From contig NGBS01000313.1 in NCBI GenBank assembly GCA_002245135.1, forward strand, positions 1 to 64,000: DNA of 64,000 nt, given 5' to 3'. The position numbers were made by a program, and so were the translations under genes. Positions 1-13,760 of this stretch are shown in pieces. Source of the DNA: Proteromonas lacertae. Its lineage: Eukaryota. Within the stretch, counting starts at the first letter, position 1, and each line of letters begins with the position of its first letter. Under the pieces are notes generated by a model. That model had not been told where the DNA came from. It worked only from the letters and a program-made list of their open reading frames with translations, and did no database searches.

Positions 1-64
1 CTAGAAAGGTAGAATATTATTAATAGTTACTAAAAAACAACAACAAATAGATTACGTATTTACT

Positions 65-1451
65 TTAATGAACATGAAGTGCTTTCAAAGCATCTTCTTT
101 CTTTAACTTATCATATTTTATCTTTGATATATACTCTTGATTCTCTCATTATCTTCACATAAATTTCTTATCTATTACATATTTATAATAAAAGACTATT
201 AGATATAAATATACTGCTATTAAACTCCATTCTCTACAAAGTGGATTCTTCATATCAACATTACAACTGCTTAGTATTGGATAAATCAGTCCATTCTCTC
301 TAACATTATCTTGAATATCTCTGTGATTATTACACAAAGTTCCAATTAATTCAATTATTGATGAGTAGAAATCATGGATTTCATGATTTAATTCTTTCTT
401 TGATACTTCAAAAAGTGTGGAAAAATGTTTTAATAGTAAATATATTTTATATTTATTCAAATTATAATCTATTTTATAACGGCTAAAATAAAATGAAATA
501 ACTGAACATAATAATGGGATTGCTGTTGAATAAAGAGTGTAATTAATTTCAATTAATGTGTTTTCTATTATTTAAATAATAAACATATATATATATATAT
601 ATACCTTTTGGATTATTATTACATACAAAATCACATAATATATGTAAAATATTAAACATTCTTTCATATACTCCATCATCTTCATATTCTTCTGGTTTAA
701 AATCAAGACTTTCTTCTTCTACCAAAGTTCGAAATATTTCTAAAAATATTAATTCTTCTTTATTAATTACCATCTCAAATTCATCACCTTCTTTCTTACT
801 TTCTTCTTCTTTATTAAATAACAAATCAAAAATCATTTTGCTGTTTTGTTCTTTGTTAATATATATTTTATTATTAGAAATAGAAAATCGTTATTATTCT
901 CTAAATCTTCATTAATTGAGTTAATTAATAAGGATGATATAACCGACTTATTCTTAACTGAAAGTATTTCCATTAAACAATTATCATTGTGAATTATACA
1001 GTTATATATTATCATAGTAATACAATTATATAACTTCATATTATCTTTTGATATTTCAACTAATACTTGGTATTGTAATGATATTATCACTTTATTCCAT
1101 ACTATGATTTGATTTGTTTTGTTATTTACTATTGCATTACAGAGTGATTGAAAATAAACGATTAGAAGAGGAGATAACAATTGGTGATTTATTGATCTTT
1201 TCAAAAAACTATCAAATCCTTCAATAATTAAATCAATAAACTATTATAATATGCAAATGAAATATACAGATAAATAATCAGTATTCTGGATAAGAAAGTC
1301 TTGATATTCTGTTCCTTTTGGATATAAAACGGTTATATTTAAATATATTAATAAGCAACTCAATTATCTTTTGCTGGCATTCATTGAACTCTTCTTGGCT
1401 TGAAATAAACGATTTCATAACGGTTTGATAATATTGGATAGTTGATAGCAT
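65..1451 (-). CDS. ATXN10: Ataxin-10-like armadillo-repeat protein (multi-exon, apparent frameshifts)
   Basis: C-terminal motif QDNVRENGLIYPILSSCNVDMKNPLCREWSLIA^IRNLCEDN matches the Ataxin-10 domain; joins ORFs 833-1204, 549-836 and 155-460 via short introns and indels. Confidence 0.75.
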
Positions 1452-1688
1452 TTTTGAAATATTTATATCGTTTAAAACAATTCTGAATAGATTATAATGT
1501 TTTATTATACTTTTCTTTCAGTAAAGAGAGAAATACATCGTTTATAGAACTAATAGTATAAGTTTCACTATCACATTGATCTGGAATATTGATATCTGAC
1601 ATTAGTATGATAATATTGAAAGACTATAAGATGAAAAAGAAAAATGAAAATTAATGAAACGAATATATTTTGAATTAAAATATTGAAA

Positions 1689-3952
1689 ATGAGAATAACC
1701 AAGAAAGAAAATGAAAGTGGGTATATTATCAGTAATATATTATACATATGTAGGTTGATTCTGAAGATGGTAGAAGATGGGTATGGTGATTTCTGTTTTG
1801 ATGCTAGAGGAAATGAAATATACTTCATAAAAAATATAATATCTTCATGTAATAGTGAATTAAAAAGATTAATGAATAAATCAAAGAATAATAAAATCAA
1901 AATAAAAGATCCTTTAATAACTGAAGAATCTATAGTTAATCTATTAATATATTATGGAAATGGAACAATAGAACTTGGTGATGACAATGTTGTTGATATG
2001 TTTTATTCATGTTTAGTTTTTAAAGAGAGTGTATTAAGAAACATATTTGGAGAGATATATAAAACATCATTGTAACATTCAAATAATGAAGAAGTTGTTG
2101 GATATTCTATGTTCAGTAGATTTAAAAGAATTAACAAATGTAAACAATATTGCTTTGGATTATCTACAATGAATGGCTATAAATTATTAAATGAGAATGA
2201 AATGAATAACTTATCGTTTAGTTGTATATCCTATATTCTTCACATTCCAAACTTAATAATAAAGAGTGAAAATTATTTGTTGAAAAGACTAATTATGCAT
2301 TATAATAATTCAAAGAAACAATTGGATAATATTGATTCAATTACATATTCTCCAACAAAACGTAATAAAAATACATTATTATTATATGACAATTACAAAA
2401 ACCTATTTGATTTACTGAATTGGGATAAAATATCACTGACAGAATTTAACAAGAGTGAAATAGATATTATTAAGTATATACTAAAAGAAATGGAGAGTCT
2501 AAAAAGAAAGAAATAATGAAACAATAACAGTGAAAAGAGTTTATATTGATCCAATTAGAAGTGGAAATGAGAAACTTGATAATTACTTATTAAAATGTGT
2601 TAAAATATATCAATTAGAACGACAGTAATAAATGTATCTGATGAAGAAAATATTATCTTCTTTCCATCAACAATTTAGTTGATATTATTTCATCAATTCT
2701 AGAAGAGAATAATAATGGTAGTTTAGTATATCAAATAATATGTTTGATTATAATATCAGATTTAAACCTCAATGTGAAGAGTATTTTGCACTATATTTAT
2801 TATTTTTATATTTATTTAGTCAATACTACTATTAGATCGCATCTTTTATCATCGCTTATCTATGAATTTCAGCTAATGAGTAATAAAAGTAAGAGAGTAA
2901 ATGTGAATGTTATAAAAGCTATTATTCTGTGTATTAATGACAGTATATATATCTATATTCATCTTTTTTTTAATGTAGATAATGATTTGGTTACTCTTTA
3001 TAGAAGTTGTGGTATTAATATATTCATAATGATCCTTAATTTTAACAATCCAGAAATGATTATCAAATTTGTTCAAAATCATCTAAAAGATAAGCAATTG
3101 GAATGTGAGATATTAGTTAAATCATTAACTGACAACAATATCAAAGAATTGTTAAATGCAGTCCATCAAATCGAATTTAAATATCCAAACAGAATGTATA
3201 CATTTACTATGAAGGTGATTCGTTTGAAATTAAACCACAGTTTATGAATGAAAAATCATACTACCTGAATGTAAAATTCACATATATTCACAGTTATACC
3301 AAAGTTTCCATCTTTTATTACACTGAATGAAATAAATGGAAGGATTAAAAGTTCAAATTCCAAAGTATTACCTGAAACAAAATATGTTGTGAAATATGAA
3401 CCAATCACATTACAATCTACAAAGTCAGATATTCAAGCAGAGTTTATTTTATCAATTGAGAGTATAAGATTTGAAAATTATGATAATATGTTAAAGGTAG
3501 ATGAAAGTGGGAGAATATTATCCTATGAGAATAATGGGTTAATATCATTTAGAGGAATGAAAGAAAAACTAAAAAGTGAAGTGAATTTGAGGTTACAAAA
3601 TGGAATTTATCATATTAAATTCTTGATTAAAGATATAAAAAGTGTTATATTTGGTATATGTGATAAAAGAAACGAAAATATTGAAACAACATTGGAATAT
3701 AATCAGTTTGAAAATAAAAGAAGAAATTTCTATATTTCACCATCTAAACTAAGAAATACAAGTGATAAAGTGCTATTAGAAGTAATAATCTCTATGGATG
3801 AAAGATTGTTAAGCTATAAGCATAGAGATAGAATAGAATCATTGAAATTTAACACAAAATCTTCCCATTTAATTCCTTTTATATATTTAAATGAAATGGA
3901 TTTATCCCATTCCAGTTCCATAGAGATTGTGTCAGTGTTTAAACAAGAATAA
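1689..3952 (+). CDS. BTB/BACK-like family protein with C-terminal Ig-like and SPRY-like regions (paralog 1; several frameshifts)
   Basis: BTB-like N-terminus (GDFCF...LLIYYGNGTIEL), IIKSENYL motif, KRVYIDP motif; colinear with the genes at 6480 and 41459; intron 1721-1753. Confidence 0.6.
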
Positions 3953-4046
3953 TCTTATTATTACAAATATTATTGCTATTATAATTGTTTTTGTTGTTTT
4001 TATAAATTGTCCTAAAAGCCGAACATGTTCGTCTATAATTTGAAAA

Positions 4047-5730
4047 ATGGACGATTTTTTAAAAACTCTAAACCAACAGAATAGAGTTGCAATATTGAAT
4101 AATTATGTATTTTGCTACATAGATGAAGACACATACCACCCATTTTTGAATTTATTTAAAGGTAAAAAACTGATTGTTGTTTCATCTCTTCGTATTATTA
4201 CAATAATAATGTTGTCTAGCAAATTATTTGATCAATGTAGTATCAAAAAGTTTTTCAAATGAAGTAGAAAGGATAAGAGTATGATTTTTTCTGTTTTATG
4301 TTAGTGTTTAAACGATATATGTTTAAACATCGGATTTAAATTAAATAATTATCTAAATAGAAGTAATATAGGGATTGATGATGAAGAAAAAACAGTATCT
4401 TATAAATTCTTTCAAATTATAGTTTGTGGAATGCAATTATCAATATAAGTTTTATTTTAACAATCTTACTCCAGTTGAAAAATACAGTCATGCACAAAAA
4501 ATCCTCAAAGATTACATAAAACTGAAAAGAGAAAACGAAATACTTTTAGTCTTTACTAAAGATAGAAATAGTCTAAAACTGTTGGGTCAAAATAAAATAG
4601 ATACATCAATAATAAAGTATATACTATTTTGTTATTTATTTTTATATTAGTTATATAATAAATTACTCAACATCAGATCATCCAATTCTATTAAATCCTT
4701 TAATTGAAGATAATACTTCAAATCAAGATGTATATATATCTCTTAATATAATAATAATAATAATAATAGAATCTAAAAATAAAATGTTTTTGCAATTACA
4801 AATTATGGGAAAGAAGTAATGAAGAAGAAGGTGGAATAGAATTATCAATTTTATATAATCCAACAACAAAACCAAATCCATTAACAGTACCTCCTCGTAA
4901 TAGTGAATCATTTCTAACAATTTACTATCCTTTAAATGTTAATAAATTACCATTAGAACCATTTGTAATTGATTTTGAAATAATAAAAAATTTGGTGAAT
5001 AAAGGAGTACTAGGTAAAGATATAACTAGTATTGATACTGATAATAATATTAATAATTCAATGAACTATTACAATAAAATAAACCAACTACTATCTTCAA
5101 TATCTTCTTCAATTACAACATCATTAACTTCAACAATAAGAGAATTCAAACAAAACTTGAATGAAGAAACAAACGAATCAAAATTCAGAAATGAATTGGA
5201 TTTTGCTGATAAATTGTGGAATATATTTAAGGTATTTATAGTCATCATTCTATTAATTGATATTTAATAGTATGCACCTTCTTTATCTCATATTGAAGAA
5301 TCATTATTATCGATTTATAAACAATTACTCAGTGGAGATTTATTACCAATATTTATGAATGATTATCAAAGTCAAATTGGAGTTGTGTTTAAAAATGCTT
5401 TAATAGAAACAGCTAAAATAAAATACAAAAAAGAAAATATACAGAATGTATATATATGAATATTGTTTTATATAAACATAGAGAAATATAAGTTTTAATG
5501 ACTTATTCACATTGCCAATCAATGAATTAATAGTTGATTTAGGATTGAACAAAATGATTAGAGATTATTTATTCACATTTAAAGAGCTGAAATGTTTAAA
5601 TATAACAGATATTGAATTACTAATTCCTAAATTGGAAGATAGTATAAAAGATAAGTACAATAAGTTGGAGTGTTTGAATTATTTATTATGTCTTAACACA
5701 ACTTTAAGAATTGTATATATATATATATAC

Positions 5731-5761
<31 letters not shown>

Positions 5762-6204
5762 CTAATTCAATAATAGATTGGAATTCCTTATTCTACAATT
5801 CATTCAATATTAACTGACATTATAATTCATCATTTTTCTTCTTCTACATTATTTAATCCATCGAATGTTGTTATTACTCCAATTAATTTACCACTTTACT
5901 ATCAAAGAATCTTACCTTCAAAACCATATTTTTGGTATTGTGAAATAGAATCAAATAATATGAATAAATCTATTGAAATTAGTTGTGAAGACTGTCTATT
6001 GGATTTGAACTGTGGTTCTGGATTGTCTGTGAAAGAAATTAATAATTTACAGGAAAGATTAGAATAGTATATAAATCAATTACATTATTATTGTATAGTA
6101 TTCCAGTAGAAATGTGGAATTTAATATCTATCAGAGATAAAATGATGAAAACTGATGGATTTTTTAAATATACTTGTCAAATAATAAATAATCAGTTTCA
6201 CTAA
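4047..6204 (+). CDS. ZWILCH: Zwilch-like kinetochore (RZZ complex) protein, multi-exon
   Basis: RNELDFADKLW and LIVDLGLNKMIRDY resemble conserved Zwilch motifs; ORFs 4047-5817 are linked by short introns; stop at 6202-6204. Confidence 0.55.
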
Positions 6205-6479
6205 CTTGTTTTGTTATGTTTTTAGATATTTTCAAATTATTCCATGTCATATGTATTATACATATGATATAAATGTTATATAGCACATATTCGCAAAAAC
6301 ATAATAAACTTTGTATATAAAATGATACATTAGATAGAATTATGCATTTTAATCATTAGTAATGATAAGAAAACAATCAGAAAGCGCTTCATATCAAAGG
6401 ATACATTTTTCAAAATCAATTTGAACTCAAGCCTATACCAAACCGGCGCTCTTTTTTTAAAATCCATTTTCATGCTGGA

Positions 6480-9400
6480 ATGAATAGCGAAATTTCAAAC
6501 TATCAGTCGACAGAATCTATACACAAAGTGCGTAGGCATTCTCAGAATATTGAAAGTCCTGGAGCAATGATGAGCAAATTAACTAAACCTATACCAAAAG
6601 AAGGGTATAAAATAAATTTTATGTACATAGATTAATACTGAAAATGGTTATGGAGGGACTTGCGGATGTGTCTTTTTTAGTTCAAGGTACAGTTATTCAA
6701 GCGCTTAAGCCATTTTTAAAATACAATAATAAATACTTTGCTGATTTGTTGAAAAACTATGATCAGTCCTCAGAACCAATTCCGTTAGATAATTGTATTA
6801 CTCCAGAGGGTTTCAATAGTATGTTGTTGTATTATGGATATGGTAAGCCAAACCCTGATATTCCATATTTAGCTGATGCATTGATTGCTTCTCTATTTCT
6901 TAAAGAAGAAGAATTATATAATACATTTAGAAAGTATTTACTTTAATTCTATTCTTTAATTTTTGTATAGTATTGCATTAAGCAAAATGAACGATGAGCT
7001 GTTAATAAGAATATTCACATTAGTGCCAAGTATAAAAGATAATAAAATAAAACAATCAGTTCTGGAAATAACGTTGGATTACAGTCAAACCTGTATTATT
7101 CGAAGTAATATAACTCGAATAAATTACATTTTTTATTTTATTTTATATGATTTTATTTTTTTGTTATTTTTACATGTTCTAATCTTTTATAAATTACTAT
7201 TACTATAATATATTCTATCTATATTATTCTGAGGGTCATGATCTTCTTAAATGTCTCTCTGTTTGAAATTACTATATTTTCTTATTCTATATCAAAAGAT
7301 TAGTAAATAAATAAACCATTACAAGAAATACTATTCATAAATTCTTCTTGCTATGATTTATTTTCTATAAAAATGAGACTATAAAACGAATATTATTTTG
7401 AAACATATTTTGATTTTACTAATTCTAACTAATCTTAATGACTTAACTAATTTTATTTGTATATTTCTAGTTGAAATAGATTAATTTAATTTTTTGATTA
7501 ATATTGAGATAGATTGAAATGAATTATGTTGAATCAATCACTTAGAGTATATAAAGATTAATAATTCATCACTTTATTAATATCTAATCACTTATATCCA
7601 TAATATATCATTTTTATATCCATAATTTATCACATAGTAAAAAGTGATTAATCAAGTGATTGATTTCATTTAATAAATTCTTAACATGTTGAACAATTCA
7701 AAAAAAAGAAGTGGTACTCAATTACCCTTACACACTAAAGCCATGTTGCTTAGACAATTAGAAGCTAAGCGTATAACAAGGTACGAAATATGTCAAAAAT
7801 ACTCAGTAAAACAATCAACTATATCTACATGGCTTATAAATAAGGATAAAATCATGAAATTTGAAGGTAATAATTATCATTAAGTTGTTATAAATAGATA
7901 AAGATGATAATATATTTAGAGAGAGAAAATCAAAGTATCCTGAGCTGGAAAGAAAATTATTGAATTGGTATAACTCAGCAATATCAAAAATATATATAAC
8001 TCACATCCCAATCACAGAGTCAATTTTATTATACAAACTCAATCAATTATCAGAGAAGAAGTTCCATATCTCATATGTTCAAAATTTAATGAAACGTAAC
8101 AAACTGAGTAGCGTAAATCTTCATGGTGAAGCGTCATCATGCCCAAATGTTAATATTAGTAATGTCCGTAAGATTATTTCTTCTTATAAACCTATGTTCG
8201 TATTTAACATGGATGAAAGTGGTTTATATTACTCACAATTGCCTAGAAAATGTGTAATTGACAACCATGAAAAGAAGAACTTCAAAGGATTCAAAATAGC
8301 AAAGTCACGTATTTCAATCGCAATTACAGTAAATATGGATAATTCAATTAAAGTACCAATTCTTTATATTGGAAAATCACAAAAACCTTTATGCTTTAAT
8401 GAAAAACCTAACAATTACATTAATCAATCCAATGCTTGGATGGATAATAGAGTTTTTAAATACTATATGGATAATATTTTTCTTCCCTCAGTCAAAGATA
8501 TTATTAAAAACAACAAAGTACTTTTGGTGATGGATAATTGTGCATCTCATCCTAGATCATTAATTGGAGCAGAATATGATAACATTCAACTACTTTTCCT
8601 TCCGCCTAACTGCACAAGTCGTTATCAACCATTAGATATGGGAATTATTAACAAAATAAAAAGCAATTATAAAACTGAAATTTTAAAGAAATGTGTAGAA
8701 AATATTGAAAACTTTGAATTAATAAAGAATATTCAAATTGAAAACAGTAAAGGAAAAGGTGGTATAGCTTTATGTAAGCAACCGAATATAGCAGATGCTA
8801 TGTATTATTCTACCAAAGTATTTTTTGGTCTTAAAAAAACAACAGTTATTAAATGTTGGTTGAAATCTTCATTACCATCTGAAGAACAAATAAAAGAATT
8901 AAATTCCATATTACAATCAGAAAATTGTAATATGAATGTTGATGATGATGAAGAAAGTCAATGCGAATTAAGCCAAATAATTGGTAAAGTAAATGATATT
9001 ATTATAGAAGATGGAAATACAAATTCATTTATAAATGCAACTTCTCTTTTTAGTACAAAATCTATAAGTGAGTTGTACCCATTTTATAGCTTTGAAAATG
9101 AAGATGGTTTTAAAGTAGAAGTTGTTGATAATGTAATTCAAGAAAATAGTAAAGAAGATTCAAATAATGCAACCTGCAAAACCAAAAGAAGAATTGATAA
9201 TATGTCTAATGAAATAAATAAAACTAAAAAAAGCAAGATTAACAACATCTTCGAATAATCTTTAAAACACTTATAAAATCTCTTTGTATATCAATTATTT
9301 TTAGTGTATTTAGTATATTTATTCAAATGTATAAAATAGTAAATTATAATCATTTTGTTTCAACATTTTATTTGATTATAATTCATTTTTCAAATAAACA

Positions 9401-10020
9401 AGAAGCAAAAAATATAACTCGAATTTTTGTCCGTTTCTTGAAAATGAAGGGGTTTGAGTTATACAGGTTTGACTGTATTTTATTAATAATTCATTCAGAT
9501 TAATTGGCTTTAATCCTCCAATTATTACCTCATTAGATGTATTTAACTATATATTAGATTTACCTGGATTAAAAGTCCCTAATGAGAAAGTATTAGCTGA
9601 TATGTTATTTCACATATATAAACAATCAAAGAGATTAGAACCTGAGAAAGAATCAGAACTGTATAAAGAATTTGAAAATTGTGCTTTTAAAATCAATTGG
9701 AATGATGTTGCTAATGTTACTCCAAAAGATATTGCATTGTTTCATAATTTTAATATAATTGTTAATAACAATAATAGTAATATAAATAAACGTATTTATA
9801 CAAATCCGATAGTTATTCCACCTTCACCTGCATTTTCTTATAATAGCAATAATAACAGAATGCAAATGAAGAGTATAAATCAACAACCATTAGAATTACC
9901 AAATCAATCTATTACGCCTAATAGACAAAGTAAATTATTACAATCTTTAGATAATGAAATATCACCAATTACTCCTCAACCAACAACACCAATCATTTAT
10001 CAACAATCACAACCACAAAC

Positions 10021-10053
<33 letters not shown>

Positions 10054-13052
10054 GCCTCCACAACGTAAGAAAAGAGGTAGAAAAAGTAAAGCAGAATTAC
10101 TGGCAATACAACAAGCAGCAGCTCAAGCAAATGACAAATCAAGTAAATCAAAAACAGTAGTTAATAATTCACAATACAGTGAAGTAGAAGAAGAAATAGA
10201 AGAAACAGGAAGTAGATATAATAACAATAATAATCAAAGAAATAATTCAAGGCAGAATGTTAGTCAAATCAATCAACAGTATCAATATACAATGAATATT
10301 CCACAACAGCAACAACAGCAATTAAATACATATAAGAATATAAGACAAGGTGATATACAACCTATTGTACAATTAACTTCTATTGGTAATACTTCAAGTT
10401 ATCCATTACAACAACAACAACAACAACAACAACAACAGCAACAGGATGATGATATATTATTATATACAAATTCACCATCAACAAATCCAGAAGAACCTTC
10501 AAAAGTAAGAATATCACATATATCACCACATGGACAAAAGTATCCAATACAACAATCACAGCAAGTATTAATACATCAACCAAGAACTATACTACAAACA
10601 GCAATAAGTAATAATTATTATTCTGAAAGTGAAAGTGATACAGGAATAAACAATAATTTTGATAAAATACCAGTAATTCCTAGAAGAAAGTCAATTTCTC
10701 AGAATAAAGATCAGTTACAATCTGAATCAAGTGCTGTAGAGAATAGTTGTAGTGAATATACCACAGATGATGAAATAAATAATGAAATAAATAGAAGGAA
10801 TAACAATACAATAAGAAATAATAAGAATAATAATAAAGAAATAGTAAAAGAAACATCAAAGAAAAGGAAATCAAGAATAAGATCAGCTTCTGTAACCTCC
10901 GCAGAGTATGTGAATCCTCCAGAATCAATGACTCCTCCAATAGATACAAAACCAAAAAGAAGGAGAAAGAGTAAAAATGGAAAAAGTTCTAATGAATCAA
11001 ATGATGAAGAGTTTTTATCAAATATAGAAGAAGAAGAAGAAGATGGTGATAATGATGATGAAGAATATAATGTTGGTGATGATGATTATAATGATAATGC
11101 TAATAGAAAAAGAAGAAAAATACGAAGTAATAATCAGCAACAGAAACTAGCATCTCCTAAACAACAGCAAGTTGCTGTAAATCCTCGACCAGTAGCTGAA
11201 AGAACAAGATCAAAATCAAAAAGAGGTGATAATAGAAGTGATATAGATGAAGAAAGGAATGAATCAATAACATTACCAACGAAATCAGTTGTAAGAAATT
11301 TAGATCCTGATATAACAAGAATCCAATCAAAACAAGTGCAATATGTGAATCAAATACCTTTATCTAATTTGAATAATGTAAATTATGTTGCAAGTCCACA
11401 AATGTCTCATAATAATAACAATAATAATCAGTACAATGATAATAGTTTTGAAGATTATACAAATGATAGTGTTGATGATGAAAGAAATATAAATATTGGT
11501 GAATATTTAAAACGAAAACATTACAATAACAATAACAATAATAACAACAATAACAATAGAAGATTTAGTAGTAATAACAATAATAACAGTGATTCTATTC
11601 AAGAATATCATAGCTCAGTTATTACAAGTGTTAATACAACAACCACTACAAATACAACTCCAGTGAATGTATCAAATCAAATAATTGATATTGATACCGA
11701 TGAAGATAAAATATTAGATAATATAATAAAGAAATACACTCCGAAAAGATCATTTAAAATTGAAAGTAAAGACAGATTACAAGTCTCTCAAATATTTAAA
11801 AGAAGATTACCTCATTTAACAACTGATATGAACTTCAAATGTTTAATTACAATGTTAATGTTATATAAAGAAACGAATAACTATCTAAATCGATATAATA
11901 ACAATTGTGATGATAGTAGTAAGTGTATTATACAATTGATATTACATGAATGGCTAAATAAGAATAAATCTTTTTATAACAATTCATTTCCTGATTGTTT
12001 ATTACCATTCTTTCCACTCTATTGTGATGTAATTGATGAAAATGGAGGTATTGTGGTTATAACAAAGCTGTTAAATCTCTACAAAGATCAGAATAGATCA
12101 ACTACTGATATTTATATTCTTACTGATGATGAGTGTAAAATGATCAATAGTTTTATATTGAATAAACATGATTATGATGCATTTGTGTCTACTTGTAATG
12201 ATAAAAGAGAGATTGAAAGAATATGTATTTTATTTATTTAATTAAGTATTTATAGATCCATCATTAGATAGAATAAAAGAGAGAATATTCAGTAGAATAT
12301 ATGAAGTATGTGTAAGTAGATATAATACTATCACCTCTTCAGTATTATCAGTTTTCAATCATTTAAAATACACAATAGCTCCTAATAATAACATAAATAT
12401 CTCAAAGAATGGTATAATAACATGTTATTCAGAAGAAGAAAAAGCACCATCAGAATATACTGTAGCATTTATCGATTTTAATGGTATTGTAACTTCCAAG
12501 TTAAATATAGAATTCAAGCGTATATTTATTTCTTTTATTAAAATAGGATTTGGATTTCAAGATATTTATAAAAGTGAAAATGTTATATTATTAGACAATA
12601 ATTTACAATTTACATTACATAATAATAGTAACAACAATACCCATTTTCATCACTGTTATTTCAACACTCTTTTATGTGATGGTGTTTATACAATTCAAAT
12701 AAGTAGTAAAAACAATAGTCCTTTTGTAGTAGGAGTTACAAGGAATGGGAATTATGAAGGTGTGGATTTGTGTAAACAAAATGAAGTAAGAGGATTTTTA
12801 GTGGATGATAAATCCAGAAATCAAAGTAAAAATATCAAATTATCACATTTGAGAAAATTAAAGAAAAATTTAAGTGATAACAATTATACATTTGTATTAA
12901 ATATGAATAATGAAGGTGAAAGTGGATCATTTCTTTCTTATGAAAGAAGTTCATGCCAAATACCAATAGAATCACCGTGTTACTTATTTGTAGATGTTAT
13001 AGATGAAAATTCAACTATCAAAATTGAATCATTAGTAGTTGAAAGAAAATAA
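6480..13052 (+). CDS. BTB/BACK-like family protein (paralog 2) with long Q/N-rich insert, interrupted by a pogo transposon at 7082-9475
   Basis: Removing the element and one TA gives ...EITLDY-FINNSFRLIGFNPP...ADMLFH, in frame with ORF 9602-12241; introns at 6605-6630 and about 6933-6970; SPRY-like end at 12762-13052. Confidence 0.75.
7082..9475 (+). mobile_element. pogo/Tigger-family (Tc1/mariner superfamily) DNA transposon, 2394 bp
   Basis: 15-bp perfect TIR CAGTCAAACCTGTAT at 7082 and its reverse complement ending at 9475; TA target duplication at 7080-7081 and 9476-9477; internal transposase. Confidence 0.95.
7686..9258 (+). CDS. pogo/CENP-B-like DDE_1 transposase, one intron 7867-7907
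   Basis: N-terminal HTH (STISTWL), KYPELERKLLNW, LHGEA, FNMDESGL, MDNCASH, FLPPNCTSRYQPLDMGII (DD33D); the 41-nt GT-AG intron joins ORFs 7686 and 7960 in frame. Confidence 0.93.
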
Positions 13053-13182
13053 TTGTGAATTTTTTCATCTTTAAATAATAGTATAATGCTTTAATATGAA
13101 ATATTTTTCTATTGTTTAATGGTTGTCTTTCTATCCACCAAAATATAAATCTTTTAAATAAAATTAATAAATAAACTAACTT

Positions 13183-13490
13183 TTAAAATATTATACAACA
13201 AGTTACCTTTTTAGGAATATTTGGATCAAATTCTGTATTATTTGCCTCATTATTTGAATAATGTAGTCTGTCTGAATAATGTATCTATATCAACAATAAG
13301 CATAGACTGAAATATATATAATAAATACTTCTACTAAATTCTCTCCCATCACATCAGCAAACTGAAGATGATGCCTCTGTTGTACCTCTTCTTCTCCATA
13401 ATATTCTTGTTCTGCAGGGTCAGGCGCAATTCTATATCATTAAATTATATCAATATAATACTGATTAGGTTGCATTAACACATCTTCCAT
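13183..13490 (-). CDS. Small (about 85 aa) protein with RVxF-like motif and C-terminal CaaX box; absent from the ORF track
   Basis: Spliced read MEDVLMQPNQIAPDPAEQEYYGEEEVQQRHHLQFADVMGENLVE-SMLIVDIDTLF...KKVTCCIIF*, two GT-AG introns (second is 13307-13328, 22 nt). Confidence 0.65.
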
Positions 13491-13760
13491 TTTAAAATAA
13501 GATTATATATAGAAAAAATAAACGATATAAAAGTGTAAATTAATAAAATATCTAAACTGCCTTATATTGAGTAGCTCTTTCTCAAATAAAAGAAAAAGAG
13601 GATGAAATAATGTAACGATCTCTGTAATTTACAATTTGACCATAAAATTACATCTCTTATTTTCTTATGAAAATCATCTCTATTTTCTCATTAATTTGTT
13701 TTATGTATATATAGATCTTATGAAAACAAGTTATCATACTAAAGGTTATTAAATTAATGG

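Noticed and set aside
7082..9500. In-frame splicing-out of the pogo element
   Set aside because: Donors at 7084, 7093 and 7105 paired with nearby AGs give a frameshift or retain an in-frame TGA at 9470-9472
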